A stretch of DNA of 64,000 nucleotides from contig CAWIIV010000007.1 of NCBI GenBank assembly GCA_963836205.1, positions 160,001 to 224,000 of the forward strand, read 5' to 3'. Source of the DNA: an uncultured Acidimicrobiia bacterium (GTDB lineage Bacteria > Actinomycetota > Acidimicrobiia > Acidimicrobiales > AC-14). A model generated the notes under the pieces. That model ran no database searches. It saw only the letters and a list, made by a program, of their open reading frames with translations, and was not told the origin of the DNA. The number at the start of each line of letters is the position of its first letter. Within the stretch, counting starts at the first letter, position 1. This document shows positions 48,967-61,675 of the stretch, one piece after another. The position numbers and the translations under genes are program-made.

Positions 48967-50332
48967 CGACCGTACCGAGACTGGGGACGCGCCTGGCATC
49001 GGGGTCGTTGATGATCCGATCGGCCGCTTGACGGGCATTGCGCGGCCGCAGGAACCACAGGAACTGGCGCCACCCCCCCGGGCTGCGGCGGACCGCAATC
49101 GCGGCAGCAACGGCGGGCGTCGAGAACGACGTGCCGCTCCAGACCGCGTAGCCCTCGAACGAGCGTTTGTCGTCGGATGGCCCCTTCTTCCGCGACCGCC
49201 AGTCGACGAAGGTGCTGTGAACGCTCTCCCCCGGAGCGCACACGTCGAGCCAGGGCCCGTAGTTGGTGAAGTGCGTCTTCTTGCCGTTCCTGTCAATGGC
49301 ACCGACGGCCACGACGCCCTTGAAGGCTGCCGGGTACTCCGGGTTGCTCACGCCCGCATTTCCGGCGGCCGCTACGACGACCAGGCCCGGCTTGGTCCGC
49401 CGCAAAAGGTCGATGACCTCCTGGGTGTGGAACATGCCAGTGCCATCGTGGGTGGGCCCGGACCAGGACAGGCTGATGATATCGACATCGTCCTCGGCCA
49501 TCGCGATGATCGCCTTGGCCAAATCCTCGTCGGCGATCATGTCGCTTTCGCTGATCCGGCGAACCTTCACCTTGGCGCCAGGCGCGGTCCGGTGGATGAC
49601 ACCCGTGATGAACGTACCGTGACCATTGGTAAGCGTGAGCTCGCCCTCATCGTCGCCAAGGGGCTCCTCGTCGGTGGGACCGAGGTCGACTCGGCCGCCG
49701 TACCAGTCGAGCCGGCCCGTCCACATGCCGGTATCGAGGACGCCGATCGTCACGCCGTAGCCGGGAAGCGGAAGGAAGTGTCGGTGATGCGGCCGGTCGA
49801 GACTTCGGGCGCGACGCCTGCCGAACGCCCCGTGCGCACGCCCGTGATAAGAGAGCCCGATCACGATGTGGGGAGATACCCGCGGGACCAACTCTCGCGG
49901 CACCCCGTCCGGTGCGTCCTCGTCGTCGGGGTCGGATACCGTGCGGTCGAGCACGGGCCGACGGAGCCTGGTCACCGTGCCTAGGACGTCCAGGTCCTCG
50001 GGGCCACCGCCGCCCTGAGCCCGCAGTTCATAACGCACGACGGCGGTGCCGTCCACGTCACCGAACCTTGGCCGGAAGACGCCGAGCTGCCGCAGCCCCA
50101 ATTCGTCGATCTGGTCCTGGATCAGCCTGACGTCATCCTCGACCACCAGGATCTCGTCCGGCACGTAGTGGTAGTGCCGGTCGGCCGGTCCCTCTTCCGG
50201 AGTCGAGCTCACCGGGCCTGGCGGGCCGCCGTCTCCTCCGCCACGTCCTCCTCGGCCGTTTCCGCCTTCGCCGCTCCCGCCGGCACCGTCCGGAGTTGGC
50301 CCGTCCTTGTCCGGCATTTCATAGTCAGTCAC
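48941..50332 (-). CDS. S8/S53 subtilisin-like serine peptidase (start uncertain, 50317-50377)
   Basis: Catalytic triad VLDTG, NGHGT, WSGTSFS; oxyanion AAAGN; no signal peptide. Confidence 0.9.
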   Translation of the reverse strand: MTDYEMPDKDGPTPDGAGGSGEGGNGRGGRGGGDGGPPGPVSSTPEEGPADRHYHYVPDEILVVEDDVRLIQDQIDELGLRQLGVFRPRFGDVDGTAVVRYELRAQGGGGPEDLDVLGTVTRLRRPVLDRTVSDPDDEDAPDGVPRELVPRVSPHIVIGLSYHGRAHGAFGRRRARSLDRPHHRHFLPLPGYGVTIGVLDTGMWTGRLDWYGGRVDLGPTDEEPLGDDEGELTLTNGHGTFITGVIHRTAPGAKVKVRRISESDMIADEDLAKAIIAMAEDDVDIISLSWSGPTHDGTGMFHTQEVIDLLRRTKPGLVVVAAAGNAGVSNPEYPAAFKGVVAVGAIDRNGKKTHFTNYGPWLDVCAPGESVHSTFVDWRSRKKGPSDDKRSFEGYAVWSGTSFSTPAVAAAIAVRRSPGGWRQFLWFLRPRNARQAADRIINDPDARRVPSLGTVVNPEPYPH

Positions 50333-50413
50333 AGTCAGCCCCCGATCTGATCTCCTCCTTGGGAGAGTCCTCAGCACGCTGCCTGATACACGGTTCTAAC
50401 ATGCCGCAAGAAG

Positions 50414-53104
50414 ATGTCGATAGAGGTCTCTGAATCGGCTCTACAGGCGGAGGCCGAGCGCGCTCTCGCCTTCGCCACCAGTGATCCGCGACGCGCATCC
50501 AAGCTCGCCCAGGACGTGCTCATCCGAGCCCTCCCGGCCCGGGACTTCCGGGCCACGTCCCTTGCCGAGCGAACCCTCGGGATGGCGGCTCGGGAGTGTC
50601 ACGACCTGAGCGGGTCGGCGCTCCACCTGCGCCGGGCGGCGCGCATCGCCGAGCGGGCGGGCATGCCGCCGTGCGGCGCCGAGGCTCGACTCAGCCTTGC
50701 CGGGACGCTCGCGTTGCAGGGCAACTGGGCGGGAGCCAAGCGAGAGGTCGACCGTGCGGGCCGGGTCCTCCGGGGCGTGATGGCGGCCCGTGTGGAGACG
50801 CAGCGCGCCTATCTCCACCTTAACCAGGGCCATCTCGACGAAGCCCTGGAATGCTTCCGCCGCGCGCTCCCCGTGCTCCGTCGGGGCGGCGACCGGCTGG
50901 GAGAGGCTCACGCCCTGGCCCTTCGGGCGCTCGCCTACTTCATGAAGGGGGCGGTGGCGGCGGCCGAGGTCGACCTGCGCCAGGCCGAGGATCTCTACGT
51001 CGCCATCGGCGAGCGAGTGATGACCGTCGAGACCCGCCAGCATCTCGGGCTGGTCGTCGCGCTGCGGGGTGACATTCCCGAAGCACTGGCCGCCTTCGAC
51101 CGAGCGGAGGAGTATCTGCGCCACGGCGACGCAAGCGACGTGATGGGTCTGATCGACCGCAGCGAGGTGCTGCTCCGGGCCCGGCTGGTCGCCGAAGCCA
51201 GGACCGCCGCGGAGACGGCCGTCGGGGTGTTGGCGGACAAAGGTGGCAAGGCCTACCTGGCGATCGCACAGCTCCAGCTGGCGGAGGTGGCGCTGGTGCA
51301 GAACGACCTGGCGACGGCGCGGACCATGGCCGACCTGGCCCTGGCGACGTTCTCCAGACAGCGACGGACATCGTGGGCCACAATTGCGCGCTACCTGTCG
51401 GTGCGGGCTGCCTGGCTGTCTGGTGAACGGTCGCCCGCAGTTCTTGCCGCAGCGCGCGTCGCCGCCCGCCGGCTGGCGGCTGCCGGCTTCGCCACCGCCT
51501 CCTACGACGCCCGGCTCCTCGCCGCGCAGATCTCGCTCGACCAAGGGCGCCCCGAGGTCGCTCGCCAGGAGCTCGCACACGCCAGCTGCTCCAGCCGCCG
51601 GAGCCCGGTGCAGCTCCGCGTCCGGTCGTGGCACGCGCAGGCGATGCTCCGCCTCGCCGAGGGAAATCGGCCGGGCGCCGAGCGGGCCCTGCTCGCCGGC
51701 GTCCGACTGCTCGAGCGGTACCGCGCCGCCTTGGGCGCGACCGAGCTTCGAGCGCATGCCTCCGGGCACGGGGCCGACCTCGCCTGCCTCGGCATCACGC
51801 TGGCGATCAGCGACGAGAACCCCGAGCGGACACTGGCATGGATCGAACGGTGGCGAGCCGGTGCCGTGCGACTCCCGCCGGCACGGCCCCCGGACGACAA
51901 GCGTCTGGCCGACGAGCTGGGCGAGCTCCGAGCTGCGGTCACCGCGACGGATCTGGCAGCACTCGCCGGAAAGCCGACGGCCCGACTCCAGGCCCGTCAG
52001 GCAGGGCTCGAGAAGACGGTGCGGGACCTCGCCCGGCACGCCACCGGTCTCATGGCCGCGCTCGTGGTACCGACGCCGACGGTTCCGGAGCTGAAGCGAG
52101 CTGTCGGCGATCACGCCCTGATCGAGATCGTCGTTCACGAGGGTCTGCTGCATGCGGTGGTACTGGCGGGGGGCCGGGTCACACTGCATCAGCTTGGAGC
52201 CGCCCCCGAAGTCGAGTCGGAGGTGCGGCTGCTCAGGTACTCGCTCCGCCGGCTCGCATACGGGGGGGGCTCGGAGGCTGCCCTGGGAGCGGCGGGAAAT
52301 GCGGCGTCGTGGGGTGCCGACCGCCTCGATGCGATGCTTCTCGGTCCTCTCGCCGCGGACCTGGCCGACCGGCCCCTGGTCATCGTGCCGCCAGGTTGGC
52401 TTCACGTTGTCCCGTGGTCGCTCCTGCCGTCGTGCCACGGCCGTGCTGTGAGCGTCGCGCCATCGGCCGCCATGTGGCACAGAGCCGTCACCGCCGGCCG
52501 AGTCGCCGGCGTAGGTTCCCGCCCGGGAGCAGGTCGGGTTGCCCTGGTCGCCGGGCCCGGGCTCCTGCACGCGGTGCCCGAGGTGCTTGCGCTTGCTCGG
52601 CAATATCCACAGGCCAGTCGGCTGTCGGGCGCCAAGGCGACATGCGGGGCGGTCGCGGAGGCGCTCGACGGGGCCGAGCTGGCCCACGTCGCGTCGCATG
52701 GCCGGTTTCGCGCCGACAGCCCCATGTTCTCCTCGCTACAGCTCGCCGACGGCCCACTCACCGTCTACGACCTCGAGGCGTTGAAGGACGCTCCCAAGGT
52801 GCTGATCCTCTCGGCATGCGACTCCGGTTTGTCCGACGTGCAGCCCGGTGACGAGCTCATGGGGCTGGCTGCGGCCCTCTTCGCGCTCGGGACCCGCACG
52901 CTGATCGCCAGCGTGGCGCCCGTTCCTGACGGCGCCTCTCGCCGGTTGATGCGCGAACTCCATACCGGGCTGCGTGCCGGCCTCGACCCGGCTTCGGCCC
53001 TGGCCAGGGCCCAGACCCGCGTCGCCCCGACCGGGCCCGAGGGACGAGCCGCGGCCGCAGGGTTCGTCTGCTTCGGAGCGGGATCGACACCAAAGATCGG
53101 CTGA
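50414..53104 (+). CDS. TPR + CHAT (caspase-like) domain protein
   Basis: Long helical TPR-like N-terminus; LVIVPPGWLHVVPW, HVASHG and LSACDSG (His/Cys dyad), FVCFG. Confidence 0.9.
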   Translation: MSIEVSESALQAEAERALAFATSDPRRASKLAQDVLIRALPARDFRATSLAERTLGMAARECHDLSGSALHLRRAARIAERAGMPPCGAEARLSLAGTLALQGNWAGAKREVDRAGRVLRGVMAARVETQRAYLHLNQGHLDEALECFRRALPVLRRGGDRLGEAHALALRALAYFMKGAVAAAEVDLRQAEDLYVAIGERVMTVETRQHLGLVVALRGDIPEALAAFDRAEEYLRHGDASDVMGLIDRSEVLLRARLVAEARTAAETAVGVLADKGGKAYLAIAQLQLAEVALVQNDLATARTMADLALATFSRQRRTSWATIARYLSVRAAWLSGERSPAVLAAARVAARRLAAAGFATASYDARLLAAQISLDQGRPEVARQELAHASCSSRRSPVQLRVRSWHAQAMLRLAEGNRPGAERALLAGVRLLERYRAALGATELRAHASGHGADLACLGITLAISDENPERTLAWIERWRAGAVRLPPARPPDDKRLADELGELRAAVTATDLAALAGKPTARLQARQAGLEKTVRDLARHATGLMAALVVPTPTVPELKRAVGDHALIEIVVHEGLLHAVVLAGGRVTLHQLGAAPEVESEVRLLRYSLRRLAYGGGSEAALGAAGNAASWGADRLDAMLLGPLAADLADRPLVIVPPGWLHVVPWSLLPSCHGRAVSVAPSAAMWHRAVTAGRVAGVGSRPGAGRVALVAGPGLLHAVPEVLALARQYPQASRLSGAKATCGAVAEALDGAELAHVASHGRFRADSPMFSSLQLADGPLTVYDLEALKDAPKVLILSACDSGLSDVQPGDELMGLAAALFALGTRTLIASVAPVPDGASRRLMRELHTGLRAGLDPASALARAQTRVAPTGPEGRAAAAGFVCFGAGSTPKIG

Positions 53105-53443
53105 GGCTGAGTGTGGCGGGCGACGTGTTCTCGCGCCCGTCAGGCGGCGTACCGCCGGTTGGCCCGACGAAATGTCCCAAGGTCGTTGAATCGAACGCCG
53201 ACCGGATCCCGAGTGGTGTTGTTGGGGACGCCGACGGCTATTACCGGCCTTTGCATCACGCCGGTCACCCGGCTCTCCTTCGTAGGCGTCGCGACGTTCC
53301 TCAAGCCGTAGGCGGCGCCGGCCACGGGGGCGGCGCGGCCCTGCCGCCGACCGGGCAGGGCGCGCGGGACCGCCGTCCGGACACGCCGTCTCGGATGGGT
53401 CAGTCCCCGCGGGAGGCTGGCTCCGGCCGACGCCCCATCGCGG

Positions 53444-54301
53444 TCAGGTCTTCACGGCCACGATCATGAGGTAGCGGAAGCTCTCCTCGCGGTAGGCGGC
53501 GAGGAACGCGTCCTCGATCCCGGTCCGGACCGACGACTGCTGGCGGAACGCCCAGTAGGGGATGGTCTGGGGGGTTAGGTCGAGGACGCGGATCGGCACC
53601 AGATCGTTGGCCGCCAACGCCTTGAAGTAGGTGCTCTGGGCGTGGACGTTGCAGATGTAGTGGTTGTCGATGGTGGTCACCGCGTCCGACTTGGCCCCCA
53701 GGGCGTCGTTGTAGCAACCGGTGATGCACACGTACCTCCCGCGAGGGGCGAGGAGGCGGGCGAACTCCCGGTAGAGGTCGAACAGGTCGACGTACATGGT
53801 GGTCTCGTTGGTCCAGATGGCCCGGAAGTCGGCGTCGGGGAAGCGGGTGTCGAGCATGTTCCGCAGGTGGAACCGGACCCTGTCGCCGATGCCGCGCCGC
53901 GCCGCCTGGTCGTTGGCGAAGTCGGCCTGGTACTGGGAGATCGTCACGCCGTCGACCCGGCAGCCGAAGCGGGCGTTGGCCATGATGCTCGTGCCTCCCC
54001 GGCCCGAACCGGCGTCGAGCAGTCGGTCGTCCGGACCGATGGGCCCCAGGCTGTCGAGGAGGACGTCGGCCTGGGCGGTTTCCAAGCGGTGGAGCTCCCG
54101 GATGACCAGTTCGTCCCGGACGTCGGTGGGCGCGTCGAGCAGGGAAAGGTCCGGGTCGCCGAGTCCATAGTGGTGGTGGTAGATGTCGTCGACCTTGCCC
54201 AGCTCGAGGTTCACCGGGTCGTTGGTGTTGGTGTTCCAGTAGTTGGCGACATCACGCTGGTAGTCGGTGGTCAAGACCTGACTGAGGTTGCTGGTGGCCA
54301 T
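53444..54301 (-). CDS. Geranyl diphosphate 2-C-methyltransferase
   Basis: YQRDVANYWN, VNLELG, YHHHYG, ELHRLE, DAGSGRGG, NETTMYVDL, HYICNVH. Confidence 0.92.
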   Translation of the reverse strand: MATSNLSQVLTTDYQRDVANYWNTNTNDPVNLELGKVDDIYHHHYGLGDPDLSLLDAPTDVRDELVIRELHRLETAQADVLLDSLGPIGPDDRLLDAGSGRGGTSIMANARFGCRVDGVTISQYQADFANDQAARRGIGDRVRFHLRNMLDTRFPDADFRAIWTNETTMYVDLFDLYREFARLLAPRGRYVCITGCYNDALGAKSDAVTTIDNHYICNVHAQSTYFKALAANDLVPIRVLDLTPQTIPYWAFRQQSSVRTGIEDAFLAAYREESFRYLMIVAVKT

Positions 54302-54416
54302 CAGGGTTCTCCCCTTTCCAAGGTTGTGGGCACGTGGTCTCGAGGTGGGCCGGATCGCGCCGGCGGAGACGGTCCGCCGATCACGGATCGGGTGCGCCGC
54401 CGCGGCCGCGGCGGGC

Positions 54417-54956
54417 TCACGGCCGGGCGCTGCGCCCGCCGAGCGCCTCGAACGATCGCCGCAGGACCTCGGCCGCCCACGGGGCACCGGCGGGCGACGT
54501 CACCAGCCGCATGGCGTCGGCGAAGGGCACGCGGGCGACCTCGTCGATCTCGGCCGGATCGGCCGCTACCTCCGCAGTCTCCGCCACCGCCACGAACACG
54601 TGGTCGTGTTCCCACTCGACGATGCCCGACGCCTCGTCCTCCGCCCGATAGACGAAGGAGCCGGCGGGCACGAGGCCGGACACGACCAGCCCCATCTCCT
54701 GGCAGGCCCGGCGGGCGGCGGCGTCGGCCGGGTTCTCCCCCGGCGAGGGGTGGGTGCAGCAGGTGTTCGCCCAGCGGCCGGGGAACGTCAGCTTGGACGC
54801 CGCCCGCCGCTGGAGCAGCCACCGGCCGGTTGGGTCCACCACCTGGAGGGACACCGCCAGGTGCAGGACGCCGGGAGCCGTGTGGGCAACGCTCCTCGCC
54901 ACCGCCGAGAGCGGGTCGAGGTCGGCACCGAGGGCGACGACCATCTGCTCGGTCAT
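54417..54956 (-). CDS. idi: Isopentenyl-diphosphate delta-isomerase, type 1
   Basis: LHLAVS, QRRA..K, WANTCCTHP, EWEHDHVF. Confidence 0.9.
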   Translation of the reverse strand: MTEQMVVALGADLDPLSAVARSVAHTAPGVLHLAVSLQVVDPTGRWLLQRRAASKLTFPGRWANTCCTHPSPGENPADAAARRACQEMGLVVSGLVPAGSFVYRAEDEASGIVEWEHDHVFVAVAETAEVAADPAEIDEVARVPFADAMRLVTSPAGAPWAAEVLRRSFEALGGRSARP

Positions 54957-56872
54957 CGGGGAACCGCCACTGCTCGCCCGGGCAGGGCCGCCAGCACCGA
55001 ACCGGCGATCCCGGGACCGTCAAGGCCGAGTTCCGCCAGGATGCGATCGGGGTGGCCGTGAGGAATGTACGAGTCGGGAACCCCGAGCACGAGGACCGTA
55101 GGGCGGGGGCGGCCGGCGACCGGCGCGTGGGCGGCCAGGCAGAGGGCGGCGGTCGCGCCGGCGCCGCCCTGCCGCGCCCCGTCCTCCACCGTGACCACCA
55201 GCCCATGGGCGGCGGCGTCGTCGAGCATGGCCGGGTCGAGGGGCTTCACCGCCCGCACGTCCCACACCGAGGACGCCACCCCTTCGTCGGCCAGGAGGCG
55301 GGCCGCCTCCTCGGCCGGGCGCAGCATCTTGCCCACGGCCAGGAAGCACACATCGCGTCCCCGGCGGACGCGGCGGGCGTGGCAGCCGTGGCCCACCCGC
55401 CCGAAGGGAGCGGCCGGGGCCGGGCCCTTCGGGTAGCGGATGGCGACCGGCCCGTCGAGGGAGAGGGCGTGGTCGAGCATCCCCGGCAGCTCGTCGGCCG
55501 ACGAGGGGGCGAGGATCGTCATGCCCGGAACCAGTTGGAGGAGTGCGAGGTCGAGCACGCCGTGGTGCGAAGGTCCGTCGTCACCGGTGATCCCGGCCCG
55601 GTCGATGCAGAACACCACCGGCAGCCGGTGGAGGCCGACGTCGAGATTCACCTGGTCGGTGGCCCGGGTGAGGAACGTCGAGTACACCGCGACGACCGGC
55701 CGCAGCCCGCCCATGGCCATGCCCGCGGCGGCGGTGACGGCGTGCTGCTCGGCGATGCCGACGTCGACCACGCGCTCCGGCCACCGCTCCTGGAACGGTC
55801 GTAGCCCGGTTGGACCGGCCATGGCCGCGGTGATGGCCATGAGGTCGGGCCGGCGCTCGCCGAGGTCGACCATCGCCCGGGCGAACACCTCGGTGTAGCC
55901 GGAGGGCACCCAGGGCGGGGGGCCGTGGGCCACGTCGAAAATGGGTGCGTCGTGAAGGCACCGCTCACGATCGTCCTCGGCCGGACCGTACCCCTGCCCC
56001 TTCCGGGTGAGCACATGCACGACGATCGGCCCGTCGTGCTCCGCGGCGAGGCCGAGGATGCGCTCCAGGCCGGCCAGGTCGTGACCGTCGACCGGGCCTA
56101 CGTAGCGGATGCCCAGGTCCTCGAAGAACCCGTCGGGGCTGACGGTCACCTCCCGCGCCGCGGCCCTGACCCCGTCGAGGCCGCGGTCGAGGTACTCGCC
56201 GATCCCGGGCACGCCCCGCGCCGCCCGGTGCAACCAGTCCCGCTGCCTGACGTAGGTCGGGCTGAGGCGCAGCCGGGTCAAACCCGAGGCGAGGCGGCCG
56301 ACGGTGGGGGCGTAGGAGCGGCCGTTGTCGTTGAGCACGATCAAGACCCGGGTCTGGCTGTGGCCCAGGTTGTTCAGCGCCTCGTAGGCCATGCCCCCGG
56401 TCATGGAGCCGTCGCCGACCACGGCCACGATGCGACGGGTCGGGTCGGTATGGGGGCCGTCATGCAGCCGAAAGGCGGTGCCCAGACCGTGGGCGTAGCC
56501 GAGGATGGTGGATGCGTGGCTGTTCTCGACCCAGTCGTGCTCCGACTCCGCCCGGCACGGGTAGCCCGACAGCCCGCCCGCCTGACGGAGGCGATCGAAC
56601 CCCGCCTGCCGGCCAGTCACGATCTTGTGGACGTAGGCCTGGTGGCCGGTGTCCCAGAGGATGACGTCACGAGGCGAGTCGAAGACCCGGTGCAGTGCGA
56701 GGGTGAGCTCGACCACGCCCAGGTTCGAGCCGAGGTGGCCGCCGTGGACGGCCACCGAGCGGACGATGAACTGGCGGATCTCGGCGGCCAGGCCCGCCAG
56801 TTGCTCCGGTCGCAGGCCCCGGAGGTCGGAGGGACCCTTGATCGCTTCCAGGGGCACGGACGGGGCCGTCAC
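54953..56872 (-). CDS. dxs: 1-deoxy-D-xylulose-5-phosphate synthase
   Basis: GGHLGSNLG, WDTGHQAY, GDGSMTGG, LNDN, GIAEQHA, YSTFL, DRAG. Confidence 0.95.
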   Translation of the reverse strand: MTAPSVPLEAIKGPSDLRGLRPEQLAGLAAEIRQFIVRSVAVHGGHLGSNLGVVELTLALHRVFDSPRDVILWDTGHQAYVHKIVTGRQAGFDRLRQAGGLSGYPCRAESEHDWVENSHASTILGYAHGLGTAFRLHDGPHTDPTRRIVAVVGDGSMTGGMAYEALNNLGHSQTRVLIVLNDNGRSYAPTVGRLASGLTRLRLSPTYVRQRDWLHRAARGVPGIGEYLDRGLDGVRAAAREVTVSPDGFFEDLGIRYVGPVDGHDLAGLERILGLAAEHDGPIVVHVLTRKGQGYGPAEDDRERCLHDAPIFDVAHGPPPWVPSGYTEVFARAMVDLGERRPDLMAITAAMAGPTGLRPFQERWPERVVDVGIAEQHAVTAAAGMAMGGLRPVVAVYSTFLTRATDQVNLDVGLHRLPVVFCIDRAGITGDDGPSHHGVLDLALLQLVPGMTILAPSSADELPGMLDHALSLDGPVAIRYPKGPAPAAPFGRVGHGCHARRVRRGRDVCFLAVGKMLRPAEEAARLLADEGVASSVWDVRAVKPLDPAMLDDAAAHGLVVTVEDGARQGGAGATAALCLAAHAPVAGRPRPTVLVLGVPDSYIPHGHPDRILAELGLDGPGIAGSVLAALPGRAVAVPR

Positions 56873-57924
56873 CGGTCGCGCCGGACCACGAGCTCCGCCA
56901 GCTTGCCCAGTTCGGCCCGAGGCCGCGCCAACGGTCCGGCCGCGTCCAGGTCGTCGAGGGCGGCCGCCAGGAGCCGGTCGACCTCGGCCAGGCTCCAGGC
57001 CCGGCCGCCGGCCGCATCCACCAGTTCCGCCGCCCGCCCGAGGTCGTCGTCGGCCATGGGCTCGTGACCGCGGTACAGCTCGGCCAGCTCAGCGCCGGCG
57101 GGAGAGCCCGACGTGAGGGCGGCCATCACCGGGAGCGACTTCTTGCGCCGGGCCAGATCGGCATGCACCGGCTTGCCCGTGACCGACGGGTCGCCCCAGA
57201 TGCCCAGCAGGTCGTCGACGTGCTGGAACGCGAGGCCGAGCTGCTCACCGAAACTGCGGAAGCGCTCGACGGCCTGAGGGCCGGCCCCGCCAAAACCGGC
57301 GCCCAGGGCGCAGGCCACGCCGATCAGGGCCGAGGTCTTCTTCTGGGCCATGCTCACGACCTCGGGCAGGGCCACGTCGTCCCGGGACTCGAAGGCGAGG
57401 TCGGCGATCTGGCCGTCGGTGAGAGCAAGCACGGCCTTGCTCAACGAGCTCACGCTGTCGCGAGCGGCGGCGTGCCCGCTGTTGGCCAGGACGCGGAGGC
57501 CGAGCGCCAGCAGGGCGTCGCCGACGAGGATCGCCTCGCCGATGCCGAAGACGGTCCACGCCGTCGGCCGGTGGCGCCGGGTCTCGTCGGCGTCCATGAC
57601 GTCGTCGTGGAGCAGGGAGAACTCGTGGACCAGGCCGATGGCCACCGCGGCCGGGATCGCGGCCTGGGCCCGACCCCCGGCCGCCTCGGCCGTCACCAGG
57701 ACGAGGGCCGACCGGAATCCCTTGCCCCCGATGCCCGGCGTCGGGGTGCCGTCGGCGTCCCACCAGCCGAACTGGTAGCCCGCGACCCGCCGAATCGACG
57801 GCGGCAGGCTGTCGACCGCCTCCCGGGCCGCCGGTTCCACCAGCCGGTTGGCCTCGTCCAGGACCTGGCGCACCGGACGGGCTTGTTCCAGAGCCGGCGG
57901 GCGTAGGCGGGCGGGCATGCCCAT
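56869..57924 (-). CDS. Short-chain polyprenyl diphosphate synthase (encapsulin-associated type)
   Basis: GGK..R, FSLLHDDVMD..RR (FARM with Phe at -5), GQIAD, KT, FQHVDDLLG. ATG overlaps the upstream stop. Confidence 0.92.
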   Translation of the reverse strand: MGMPARLRPPALEQARPVRQVLDEANRLVEPAAREAVDSLPPSIRRVAGYQFGWWDADGTPTPGIGGKGFRSALVLVTAEAAGGRAQAAIPAAVAIGLVHEFSLLHDDVMDADETRRHRPTAWTVFGIGEAILVGDALLALGLRVLANSGHAAARDSVSSLSKAVLALTDGQIADLAFESRDDVALPEVVSMAQKKTSALIGVACALGAGFGGAGPQAVERFRSFGEQLGLAFQHVDDLLGIWGDPSVTGKPVHADLARRKKSLPVMAALTSGSPAGAELAELYRGHEPMADDDLGRAAELVDAAGGRAWSLAEVDRLLAAALDDLDAAGPLARPRAELGKLAELVVRRDR

Positions 57925-59351
57925 CAGCGACCGATCTCCACGTTCTCGAGCACACCCAGGGCGTCGGGGACGAGAACGGCCACCGAGAAGTAGGTGCTGA
58001 CGAGGTAAGCGAGGACCGCCTTCTCGTTGATCCCCATGAACCGGGCGTTCAGCCCGGGCTCGACCTCGTCGGGGAGGCCGGTCTGGCGCAGGCCCACGAC
58101 GCCCTGGTCGTCCTCGCCGACCCGCATGCACAGCACGGAACTGGTCTGTTGCTCGGTGACGGGGATCTTGTTGCACGACAGGATGGGGACACCCCGCCAG
58201 GCGGGGACCAGCCGCCCGTCGACGTCGACCGGCTCCGGATACACACCACGGCGGTTGCACTCCCGGCCGAAGGCGGCGATGGTCCGGGCGTGGGCGAAGA
58301 GGAACTTCGCCTTGCGGCGGCGGGAGATGAGCTCGTCGAAGTCGTCCGGCGTCGGGGGGCCGGTGCGGGTCTGGATGCGCTGGGACAGGTCGGCGTTGTG
58401 GAGCAGGCCGAAGCTGCGGTTGTTGACCATCTCGTTCTCCTGGCGCTCCCGCAGGGCCTCGATGGTCAGGCGCAGCTGTTGCTCGGTCTGGTTCATGGGG
58501 TTGTTGTAGAGATCCGCCACCCGGGTGTGGACCCGCAGCACGGTCTGGGCCACGCTCAGCTCGTACTCCCGGGGGCTGGCCTCGTAGTCGACGAAGGTGC
58601 CGGGCAGCTCGGGCTCGCCCTCGTGTCCCGCGGCCAGCTCGATGGCGGCCTCGCCGTGGCGGTTCTGGGGCCGGGCCTGGCCGGCGGTGTAGGCCGCGAT
58701 GTGGGCGGCCAGGGCGGGCGAGGTGGCCACCACCGACTCGAAGGCGTCCTGGCTGAGCGTCAGGGCGATGACCGGCGTCACCGCCCGGGCGGTGAAGTCC
58801 CACGTGTCCTGGGACTCGACCAGGGCGGTGTAGGTGAAGTGCTCCCCGTCGGCCAGGGTGCCCAGCACCGTGTCCTCGCCGTACTTGCCGGCGCCGATCT
58901 TCTCCACCTTGCCGTGGGCGATGAGGCAGATCGAGTCGGCCGGCTCGCCCCGGGACACGATGACCTCGCCGGGGGCGTACTCCCGCTGCACGAAGCGGTC
59001 GGCCAGGGCGGCCAGCACCTCGTCGTCGTCGAAGGAGCGCAGCCCGGCCAGCTCCCGCAGCTCCTGGGGCACGACCCGGACCTCGGCCCCGGTGGAGATG
59101 AACGTCACCCGGCCGTCGCCCACCGAGTAGGTGAGGCGGCGGTTGACCCGGTAGCGGCCACCGGAGACCTCGACCCAAGGCAGCACCCGCAGCAGCCAGC
59201 GGGAGGAGATCTCCCGCATCTGGGGCGGGGTCTTGGTGGTGGTGGCCAGGTTGGCCGCGGCCTTGGTCGACAGGCTCATCTGGTCGCCGTTGGGACCGGT
59301 CGGGTCGTGCCCGTTCTGGGCCGCCAGGTCGGTCAGGGTGGTGTCGCTCAC
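57924..59351 (-). CDS. Family 2B encapsulin shell protein (cNMP-binding domain inserted), copy B
   Basis: [22 protein letters not shown], internal cNMP-binding domain, [26 protein letters not shown]. Confidence 0.92.
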   Translation of the reverse strand: MSDTTLTDLAAQNGHDPTGPNGDQMSLSTKAAANLATTTKTPPQMREISSRWLLRVLPWVEVSGGRYRVNRRLTYSVGDGRVTFISTGAEVRVVPQELRELAGLRSFDDDEVLAALADRFVQREYAPGEVIVSRGEPADSICLIAHGKVEKIGAGKYGEDTVLGTLADGEHFTYTALVESQDTWDFTARAVTPVIALTLSQDAFESVVATSPALAAHIAAYTAGQARPQNRHGEAAIELAAGHEGEPELPGTFVDYEASPREYELSVAQTVLRVHTRVADLYNNPMNQTEQQLRLTIEALRERQENEMVNNRSFGLLHNADLSQRIQTRTGPPTPDDFDELISRRRKAKFLFAHARTIAAFGRECNRRGVYPEPVDVDGRLVPAWRGVPILSCNKIPVTEQQTSSVLCMRVGEDDQGVVGLRQTGLPDEVEPGLNARFMGINEKAVLAYLVSTYFSVAVLVPDALGVLENVEIGR

Positions 59352-59370
59352 AGATCAGTCCTCCAGTCCC
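58334..59370. repeat. About 1.04-kb near-identical direct repeat, second copy at 62095..63131
   Basis: Constant offset of 3761 nt. Only about 3 mismatches seen by eye; includes the RBS and the first ~340 codons of both shell genes. Confidence 0.92.
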
Positions 59371-59392
59371 GAACCAGCCGGGAGATCAGCGG

Positions 59393-61675
<2,283 letters not shown>

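Noticed and set aside
53105-53443. Short ORFs or structured RNA between CHAT and the methyltransferase
   Set aside because: No convincing start, motif or known RNA family recognisable by eye.
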